From assembly GCA_965208105.1 (NCBI GenBank), contig OZ242318.1, forward strand, positions 2,432,001 to 2,496,000: a stretch of DNA of 64,000 bases. The letters run 5' to 3'. Shown in pieces: positions 30,201-36,792 of the stretch; the stretch's first letter is position 1; the number at the start of each line of letters is the position of its first letter. Below the pieces are notes generated by a model. The model was not told the origin of the DNA and made no database searches. It worked only from the letters and a program-made list of their open reading frames with translations. Source of the stretch: Candidatus Latescibacterota bacterium. Lineage in GTDB: Bacteria > Latescibacterota > UBA2968 > UBA8231. The position numbers and the translations under genes were made by a program.

Positions 30201-30390
30201 CCAGGATAGGTTTCAGCCCCTCCCTGCGGCATTCCAGGTAGAACCGGATCAGTCCGCTCATGCGGTCGGTGTCGGTGAGGGCGAGCGCGCGCATGCCGAG
30301 CGCCCTGGCCCGCGCCACCAGCTCGCCGATGCTGCAGACCCCGGCATGGAACGAGAATGCGGAGTGACAGTGAAGGGGCACGAATCCCAC
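27244..30390 (-). CDS. dnaE2: DNA polymerase III alpha subunit, DnaE2-like (error-prone)
   Basis: PHP HCHSAFSF/ALALTD, RGSAANS, RFLNEDR..PPDADLD, HAGG, KFDILG, FCKSHS, OB fold FITLED; adjacent ImuB-like gene. Confidence 0.85.
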   Translation of the reverse strand: MGFVPLHCHSAFSFHAGVCSIGELVARARALGMRALALTDTDRMSGLIRFYLECRREGLKPILGVEITAPGRPGETVVVLARNAAGYGDLCEIVTRRQTDPAAFSFREVLARPWEDLVLLTSSPDLLELLSRTPNRTRLFGELVNNSPATRARSRELERRARALRLPLVATNNSFFLAPADWEVHRTLCAIGLNSTLSRLREGELQPAGAYLKSAAEMERAFPGHLDAVARTQCVADLCDVQLELGEWKMPTIAVPAGATPESHLAELAAAGLRERYTGTEEYERARALQEMELEVISKLGYASYFLFVKEIRDWGNERFRSTYRQLQDCSILRGSAANSITFYNIGVSDLDPIRYDLYFQRFLNEDRASPPDADLDFAWDEREEVYEYMVERWGKDRVAVTCTTNHFRHRAAFRETAKVFGYSEEQISSILRSHRSRTKKIDDCEIREILALSARIVGKPRFLGQHAGGVIITNEPIWRHVACEYSGGEKNRLITQIDMHNGIDELGLIKFDILGNGSLAVLRDALAQLEGQGIDDPGVWDLEKCYADPQVQSILKSGRTRGIFYIESPAQIRLNQKARAQTFEEITVTSSLIRPAGTAYAQTYVERQRKAQEGVRDWEFVHPALEEILDATHDVCAFQEDVTKICHQVAGLSYRKADRIRKMMNSLHEGAVPPDEWERTRREFLDGCRRHSGLDDGQAGELWQRVSSFTGFSFCKSHSATYAQLSFQCAYLKTRYPAQFLAAVVSNGHGYYRKEVYLNEARRWGVRILPLHVNCSQVHFHGRDNWIRPGLMHVRNFRRSSMEAVAGERERGGPFHGLEDFVRRVPIYRREIENLILVGAFDHFGFTQPELLFHLDGLDAAADDSQAQLPFSASPLPELQRGLGDFTLSERCLNELRLLGYMLSGNILDILDLHPASRGAVPARAIHSHVGRRIKLFGRPIAERSHRVARSQRPMLFITLEDKSECADVILWPDVLERCGDELVEPGPLEVWGTVSEDWDTFSLEADSVRAVEWSPALVDFELASRRLENSFGEDFTYADVRRLGAA

Positions 30391-30444
30391 GAGCGCTACC
30401 TCGGCCAGGAGCAGGTGAAGTGTCCGAAAACAAATACCTGCACA

Positions 30445-30472
30445 AATATATACTATTCGGGGCCGAAGTCAA
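30445..30472 (-). promoter_or_regulatory. Putative sigma70 promoter of the dnaE2 operon
   Basis: Minus strand TTGACT-16 bp-TATATT about 55 bp upstream of the GTG start. Confidence 0.45.
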
Positions 30473-32693
30473 CAAGCTTCAACAGCACCAGCTCCTGAAG
30501 ATTCAACTCGGGGACGACGATCCGCTGCGGGTCCAGCTCGGTGGCGCTGAACGGCAGCCAGGCGCGCGCGACGGCGGCGCCGTTGACGCCGATCCGGATG
30601 TCGCGAACGGGTACGAGCTCTTCCACGTAGAAATGGGTGCTAAGGACGCCGCGTCCGGTGGACCAGGGGGCGCTTCGGGTAGGATTGTTGAGGAGGTGGA
30701 CCGCCGTCTCGCCGCCGCCCCGCTTCCACGCCGCCACCTCCACCACCCCCGGCGCCTCGATCTCCAGCGGCGCGCCGGCCCATCCCACCAGGTGGGACAG
30801 CAGACGCTTCGTCTGGGGAAGGGGGTTGCGTTCGTAGCCGGACCCGATGTCCGCGGCGAGGTAGATGGCGCGCCCCTTGCCCACCTGGTTCACGGTGAGG
30901 GTGGGGACCCCGGAGTCCTGGTCCCGGGCGGGATTGAAGCCGTAGAGGGGCGGATTGCTGGTCCAGGCCAGGGTGCTCCTGGTGCACAGCACCCTGGTTG
31001 CGCCGCGGGCGGTGATTCTGGACTGGGGCGCGCCGAAGGCGATGAGCCGGCCGCACTTCTCCTCTATCCCCTTGTCGCGGGGCAGGTAGGTGGCGCAGTG
31101 GGAGCGATCGACGACGCGCCCGAACCAGTTCTTTTCCCACAGGACATCCTCCTCGCCGGCCGCTTCCTGGCCGCCGGACCCGGGGCCCTCGTAGTCGATG
31201 CCCAGGAGGTCGGCGAGCAGGAAGTTGCGCCGCCGCTGGCCGAGCTCGTCGAGGAGCGAGGTCTCGTGGGTCGCCACCAGGGTCCCGCCCTCCTCGACGT
31301 AGCGGCGGACGGCATCGCCCTGTGCCTCGGAGAGACAGCGGCTGTTGGGCAGGAGCAGGACCGGGTAGGCCGAGATATTGCCGTAGGTGAGCTCGCCGTC
31401 GAAGACATAGTCGGTGAGGCACTGCGAACGGCCCAGCATCTGGTGATAGCCCTTTACCGCCCGCCAGAAATCGTCGGGCACGTCCGGATAGCCGAAATCC
31501 CGCGTTTGCTGCGACAGGTGCATGGCCACCTGCTTCACCGTCTCGCCCCCCACGTAGGGGCGCAGCCTCTTCATCTCGCCGTTAACGAACCCGGCGGACT
31601 CCGCGTAGAGGGAGTGCTCGCCGCCGCTGGTGATCTGGATGGAGCAGTTGATGTAGGCTCCCCCGTGGGCAACCGCGGTCAGGGCGCACAGGGCGGCGGA
31701 GTAGGGCTCCGGGTAAGGCGCGCTCTGGGAGGCCCCCTCGGGAAAGGATTGGGTCTGGAACTGCAGCACCCCGAAGGTGGAGCCGTGGGCCTGGCAGACC
31801 TTGGCCGGCACCGACCACCCCAGGTTGTCCAGGCCGGCCTCGACGAAGAGGTAGCTGTCCAGGTCGATGCGGTTTAGCGGGTGGGACGACTTCCAGCCGA
31901 TGTCCGGGGCCCCGTACGGACGGCCGTAGTAGTTGATGTCGATGACGGCGTGCGGGTGCGCCTGGTGAATCTTGCTGTTCACGTGGCGCACCCCCTCGCA
32001 GAACTTCAGGTAGCGCCAGTTGACGTAGCGCTTGAACTCCAGGTCGCCCATGTCGACCCGGGCGGGCAACTCCTTGCCGGTCTCCTCGAGATAGAGCCGC
32101 CGGCAATAGCGGCAGGTGCAGCCGCCGGTGCGGCGCTGGCCTTCGTCGGAGTGGGATCCCCAGTTCATGTCGTCGAAGTAGAGACCGTCCAGGTCGAGGC
32201 AGTCGAGGAGCTCGACCATGTAGTCGGCGAGCCAGTCCCGGTAGGGGGAGTTCCAGCAGAACCACCCTTCGTTCCACACCTCCTCGCCGCCGTCGTCGAG
32301 CATGCGGATGAGCCAGTCCGGATGCCTGTCGATCAGGGGTTTGGTGAAGATGAAAGGGTAGTAGGAGAGCACGACGATCCCTTTTTCATGGGCGAGATCG
32401 ATGAACCTGCCGATGAGCTCGAAGTCCACGTCCTCCGGCGGCTCGACCATCTTCGACGGAAACAGGGGCCACCCCCGGCCCCGTTGGCCGCCGATCACCC
32501 AGACCTCGACCCCGATGGCGGCCATGGCCTCGATCTCTTCCTCCATCGGGATGGCGACCGCACGCGCCTCGTCGCGTTTTTCCTGGCTGCGATGGATCGC
32601 CGGCAGGCAGTCGGGGTAGCGTTCCAGGCGGCAGACCCGCTCTGCATAGGGCTTCTCCCGCAGTCTCTGTTCGGTGGAACCGACCCCAGCCAT
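30453..32693 (-). CDS. Putative glycoside hydrolase (GHL6-like) with a beta-galactosidase trimerisation domain
   Basis: CWNSPYRD, LDGLYFDD, C.C.YC metal motif, YPVLLLPN..CLS...RRYVEEGGTLVAT..TS...LADLLGI, GKGRAIYL. Confidence 0.7.
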   Translation of the reverse strand: MAGVGSTEQRLREKPYAERVCRLERYPDCLPAIHRSQEKRDEARAVAIPMEEEIEAMAAIGVEVWVIGGQRGRGWPLFPSKMVEPPEDVDFELIGRFIDLAHEKGIVVLSYYPFIFTKPLIDRHPDWLIRMLDDGGEEVWNEGWFCWNSPYRDWLADYMVELLDCLDLDGLYFDDMNWGSHSDEGQRRTGGCTCRYCRRLYLEETGKELPARVDMGDLEFKRYVNWRYLKFCEGVRHVNSKIHQAHPHAVIDINYYGRPYGAPDIGWKSSHPLNRIDLDSYLFVEAGLDNLGWSVPAKVCQAHGSTFGVLQFQTQSFPEGASQSAPYPEPYSAALCALTAVAHGGAYINCSIQITSGGEHSLYAESAGFVNGEMKRLRPYVGGETVKQVAMHLSQQTRDFGYPDVPDDFWRAVKGYHQMLGRSQCLTDYVFDGELTYGNISAYPVLLLPNSRCLSEAQGDAVRRYVEEGGTLVATHETSLLDELGQRRRNFLLADLLGIDYEGPGSGGQEAAGEEDVLWEKNWFGRVVDRSHCATYLPRDKGIEEKCGRLIAFGAPQSRITARGATRVLCTRSTLAWTSNPPLYGFNPARDQDSGVPTLTVNQVGKGRAIYLAADIGSGYERNPLPQTKRLLSHLVGWAGAPLEIEAPGVVEVAAWKRGGGETAVHLLNNPTRSAPWSTGRGVLSTHFYVEELVPVRDIRIGVNGAAVARAWLPFSATELDPQRIVVPELNLQELVLLKLVDFGPE

Positions 32694-33084
32694 GAGTGCC
32701 TCCGTCTTTCAGGGTTTTCGCGCTGCCGGATTGCTCCCGCAGGCGTCGGTGCGGGCGCCGTGGGAGGGACCGGAAAGGTGGACCGTCGCCGGCGCCGCAA
32801 GCGGCGGAAAGGGGAAATATCAGGAAGTATAGAGGAGCCCAGGGTGGTAGGTCAAGGGAATCGGCACGCCCCGTCCGCAGAAGACGAGGGCTCCGGTTGG
32901 CCCTCCAGGTTATCCCCATGCCGTGACCGTCCGGACCGCCATTGGCGCCTGGGAAATATCCCGCGCAGCCGGCAATTGCACCCACCGGCTGCGGCACCTA
33001 TCTTGCTGGAACTCACAAGAAGCGGCCATGGGTCCGCGCCCCCCGGCGCGGCAAGGACCCTCGACGGCAGCTCGGGGAACGCAT

Positions 33085-34695
33085 ATGAACGCAAGGCGGC
33101 GAACCTTGCCGAAACTCAGGGAATCGATGGAGATGGCGGGGTTCAATCTGCTCGACATCCTCTCGCCGGCATACGACTACATGCCGCTGTGGAACATCAA
33201 GATCGACCGCGAGACCAAGCAGGCCCGCTGCAAAATGGACTATCCGGCCCACAACATCGGCAGGTGGTGGGACGCGATGCTGCGGCTGCAGGCCGCCACC
33301 GGTTTCGCCATTCCCGCAAAGCTCGAGAAGGCCATGCTCGAAAACCTCGAAAGATGCCTGGCCAACCCCCTTTCCATCTGCGGCCTGCTCCTTCCGCTCG
33401 AGCACCGGCCGCCGGGTTGGGCCGACGAGCATTCGCAGCGGGAGATCCTCCTGGCCCTGGCGGGCCTGGTGCGCTGGCGCGGGAGCGGTTGGGCCGCAGA
33501 GCAGGGAGAGAAACTGGTCCGCGCCCTGGACCGCTACATCCAGGAGGACGGGCACTGGGACTATGCCCTGATGGTGGATCTCGCCCGCAAGGCCGGCCTG
33601 CAAGTCGATGCGAATACTCCCGGGCAACGGGAGAGAAAGGGCGCACGGCTTACCGAGAACCACGGCCGCGCCCTGGAGGGGGTGCTGGAGTTCTATGCCG
33701 CGACGGGAAGCGCGGCGGCCCTGGCGCTGGCCGACCGCCTGGCGCGGTTTCATCTGCGGGTGGCGACCCGGCCCGACGGCTCGGTGCCCGAGTCCGACTT
33801 TCTCCACACCCACTCCCTCTTCGGAACCTACCGCGGCCTGTTGATGTACGGCCGGCTGACCCGGCAGCGCGACTACATCGACCGCATCGCCGCCACCTAT
33901 ACCGCCACCGTGCGCACCAGCGTCAAGCGGTCCGGGTTCATCTCACACGACTGGGAGCTGGATACGAAGGGGGAAACGGCCTCTCCGGGCGACGCCGCCC
34001 AACTGGCCCTCTGGCTCGCCCGCCTCGGATACGGCGAGTACCTGGACGACGCGGAGCGCATCGTCCGCTGCCGCATCCTGCCATCCCAGATCACCGAGCC
34101 CCTCGGCCTCACCCCCATGGAGGACGACGGCCGCGACGAGCACGCCAACCTCGACGCCCGCACCGTCGGCTCCTTCGGTGGAATGCACCGCCATCCCCAC
34201 GGCGAGACCTGGCCGACCACCGACATCACCGCGGCAGACCTCCACACCCTGTGCGATATCTACCAGGGGATCGTGGACTGCACCGAAGCTGGCCTCAGGG
34301 TGAACTTTCACTTCGACTACGAGGATTCGCGCCTGCGCATCGCCAGCGAGCGGGACCGCGTGGGGCGGCTGCGAATCTCCCTGAAGACGGCGCAGGCCCT
34401 GTTCATCCGCATCCCGGGATGGACAGCGGACGATTCGGTAAAGCTGGAGATAAACGGAAAAGCGGCCACCCCCGTACCCGTGGGGAGGTTTCTGTTCGTG
34501 GAGAAACAGGAACCCGGGTCCCTGGTCCACCTGAGCTACGAACTGCCCGAAGCCACCACCGCCGAAACCACCGACGGGGTGGAATACCGCATGCGGTGGC
34601 GCGGGGACGAGGTGGTGGGAATCAGCCCCAACACCGACTATCTGCCGTTCTACCCCGACATGGCCGCCGACCAGGCGCCGGGGCAAGGAGAATAG
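33085..34695 (+). CDS. Hypothetical (alpha/alpha)-barrel protein, GH127-like
   Basis: Long ORF with typical codon usage; H.HS, GE-like motif, YLDDAER..R, C-terminal LFIRIPGW beta domain. Confidence 0.55.
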   Translation: MNARRRTLPKLRESMEMAGFNLLDILSPAYDYMPLWNIKIDRETKQARCKMDYPAHNIGRWWDAMLRLQAATGFAIPAKLEKAMLENLERCLANPLSICGLLLPLEHRPPGWADEHSQREILLALAGLVRWRGSGWAAEQGEKLVRALDRYIQEDGHWDYALMVDLARKAGLQVDANTPGQRERKGARLTENHGRALEGVLEFYAATGSAAALALADRLARFHLRVATRPDGSVPESDFLHTHSLFGTYRGLLMYGRLTRQRDYIDRIAATYTATVRTSVKRSGFISHDWELDTKGETASPGDAAQLALWLARLGYGEYLDDAERIVRCRILPSQITEPLGLTPMEDDGRDEHANLDARTVGSFGGMHRHPHGETWPTTDITAADLHTLCDIYQGIVDCTEAGLRVNFHFDYEDSRLRIASERDRVGRLRISLKTAQALFIRIPGWTADDSVKLEINGKAATPVPVGRFLFVEKQEPGSLVHLSYELPEATTAETTDGVEYRMRWRGDEVVGISPNTDYLPFYPDMAADQAPGQGE

Positions 34696-34784
34696 CTTGG
34701 ATCCACGACACCGGGAGGTAGCCGCCGAGTTGTTCCGGCGGGGCCAATCTCCAGCGAACTAAGGATCACAGGAGGCTTATTCCG

Positions 34785-35387
34785 TTGGCTATCGCAAAGA
34801 ATGTCGTAGATGCATCAAACTTCAATTCCGCTGCCTTTTTACCATACGAACTCCGCCATAAGGACTTCGAGATGGCGATGCAGGACATCTATGACTTCTT
34901 CTACGACATCAATTCGCACCTCCTTCAAAAGGGTCTCCAACGTCTCGACGATATGCTACGCCCAGCAATCATGTCCGGTGTACTTTCGGACATGGTGACG
35001 GCCAGCCTGGCTAAGCATTCTCGAGTACTTGCGGAGAACAAGTACTTCAATGGCCATCCCGACCTGGTCGTGCAGGGTGTCTATCCGGGAAATGAGGTAA
35101 AGGCAGGCGACAAGGGGATAGAAATCAAAACAACGAGGAAATCAGGCGGGGCGGTTGACACTCACGGCGCAAGAGACCAGTGGATGTGCGTTTTTGTCTA
35201 CAATGTGGACATTGAATCGGAACCGGCTTCAGATAGAAAACCAATGACGTTCACAGAAGTCTATTTGGGCCTTGTCACTGTTGACGACTTCAGGAAAAAC
35301 CCAAGAGGAGAACTCGGGACTCGGACCGCGACCCTCCACAGAGAAGGTATAAAAAAGCTTCGCGAAAACTGGCTATATAGGACATAG
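34785..35387 (+). CDS. Putative Type II restriction endonuclease (PD-(D/E)xK)
   Basis: GHPDL...GIEIKTT motif; convergent with a DNA MTase; lower GC; GGAGG RBS with TTG start. Confidence 0.65.
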   Translation: MAIAKNVVDASNFNSAAFLPYELRHKDFEMAMQDIYDFFYDINSHLLQKGLQRLDDMLRPAIMSGVLSDMVTASLAKHSRVLAENKYFNGHPDLVVQGVYPGNEVKAGDKGIEIKTTRKSGGAVDTHGARDQWMCVFVYNVDIESEPASDRKPMTFTEVYLGLVTVDDFRKNPRGELGTRTATLHREGIKKLRENWLYRT

Positions 35388-35388
35388 C

Positions 35389-36546
35389 TCAAGCTTTGAC
35401 GTCTTGGCCGGGACATGCGAACCTGGCAAGTTTTGGTATTGACTTGACCCCCATCTCGAAGTAGTGGGGGTCTTTTTCGATGCCGATAGATTGATAGCCC
35501 ACTGCCTGGGCCGCAGCAAGCGTCGATCCTGCTCCGGCAAATGGGTCAACGACTACCCCTTCCCCAAGCGGCAGAACACCTCTGACCAACCGCCGCAGGA
35601 ATTCTTGCGGCTTGAGGCTCGGATGAGGGGCGAGTACCCTCTCGTTCTTTCTCGTTGGCGACGATCTTATCACATCGCCAAACGGTCTTTCTTCTGATGG
35701 CCGACGAAACCCGCCCGTCTTCCATCTCCGAAGGTTATCCTTCACTCTGCCCTCGATTGGCTTCCTGAAAAGGATCCATGGCTCCCACATGGACCTGGGC
35801 ATTACACTGACGCCCTTGAACTCCTCGTGGGCAGCCTTAGGGCGGTCACCCCCTCGCATTGTCATAACCAACCTGATGACATCGCCCCTCCTTTCGAGAC
35901 CAGCATCCGATAATGCATTTGAAACGATGAAGGAAAGCAACGGATTGGAGGCGACGACCAGGTTGGCTCCGGGAACCAGTTTTGGCATCAGGAGACGGGC
36001 CCAAACGAAAAAAAACTCGCGCAAATGCCCACGTTGCGAATCGGTGAGGGTCGTAAAGCGGGGCAACGGCGACCTGGCGTGTCCATCGAAGGACGGTGGA
36101 ATTCGCCATAGCCCTCCCCTGCCTTTTCTCAGTTTTGACTGTTCTTTTTCCGTGTATTCCTGAAGACCGTAGGGGGGGTCTGTCACCACCGCATGAATTG
36201 TCAAGTCTTCTTGTCTATCGAGCCAGTCAAAGCAATCGCCATGAATCAGCCGAGCTTTTCCATACTTGAATGGCGCCTTCCATTCCGTCGCACCCTCGAT
36301 CGAGCGCTGCAAGCTGCCATTGTAGTCTGGCCGCAGCCGGTAGATACCCCGTCTCTCTCTGACGAACATCTCAGGAGTATTCAGCCTCAAGTAGGATCGA
36401 ATTGAGGATTCCGGGGTGGGTCCTATAACTTTCGCCACACGTTCCTCAATCTGCTTGATGGATAAACTCTCAGAAGTCAGTGTCAGAATCTGAAGGATGG
36501 CATCGCGGACTCGTCCGGGGGCATATCTTGTGGAGTCTTCGCTCAT
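35389..36546 (-). CDS. Beta-class N4/N6 DNA methyltransferase with an N-terminal HTH-like extension
   Basis: Motif IV TDPPY precedes HPSLKP and motif I VVDPFAGAGST, then GIE; about 75-aa N-terminal winged-helix-like segment. Confidence 0.9.
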   Translation of the reverse strand: MSEDSTRYAPGRVRDAILQILTLTSESLSIKQIEERVAKVIGPTPESSIRSYLRLNTPEMFVRERRGIYRLRPDYNGSLQRSIEGATEWKAPFKYGKARLIHGDCFDWLDRQEDLTIHAVVTDPPYGLQEYTEKEQSKLRKGRGGLWRIPPSFDGHARSPLPRFTTLTDSQRGHLREFFFVWARLLMPKLVPGANLVVASNPLLSFIVSNALSDAGLERRGDVIRLVMTMRGGDRPKAAHEEFKGVSVMPRSMWEPWILFRKPIEGRVKDNLRRWKTGGFRRPSEERPFGDVIRSSPTRKNERVLAPHPSLKPQEFLRRLVRGVLPLGEGVVVDPFAGAGSTLAAAQAVGYQSIGIEKDPHYFEMGVKSIPKLARFACPGQDVKA

Positions 36547-36552
36547 ACTTAC

Positions 36553-36580
36553 ATTATAGACGTCCAGACGTCATTGTCAA
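36553..36580 (-). promoter_or_regulatory. Consensus sigma70 promoter of the MTase (leaderless) with two GACGTC sites in the spacer
   Basis: Minus strand TTGACA-ATGACGTCTGGACGTC-TATAAT, then 6 nt, then ATG. Confidence 0.8.
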
Positions 36581-36792
36581 GGCAGGAGGAATAGCGCCAG
36601 TACGAAAAATTGACCCAACGGCGGCGGACTGCGGGCCAATGCTGCCACAAGCCTTACTCATGTACTCGCAACGAGGCCAGACCAATCAAGGTTTCCTTCC
36701 GGGTCTCTGAAAAGAGCGAAGATCACTATCCCCGGAATCGCGGCCGACCAGGCGCCAGGACAAGCGCAGTAGCCTGCCGCCATTGCGATGGG

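Noticed and set aside
30425-30455. LexA/SOS box upstream of dnaE2
   Set aside because: No convincing match to CTG-N10-CAG or GAAC-N4-GTTC; only an ACAAATA direct repeat is visible.
26884-30498. 1204-aa plus-strand ORF
   Set aside because: Antisense shadow of dnaE2 in high-GC DNA; no recognisable motifs.
31881-34721. 946-aa plus-strand ORF
   Set aside because: Arg/Pro/Gly-rich off-frame read-through spanning two better-supported genes.
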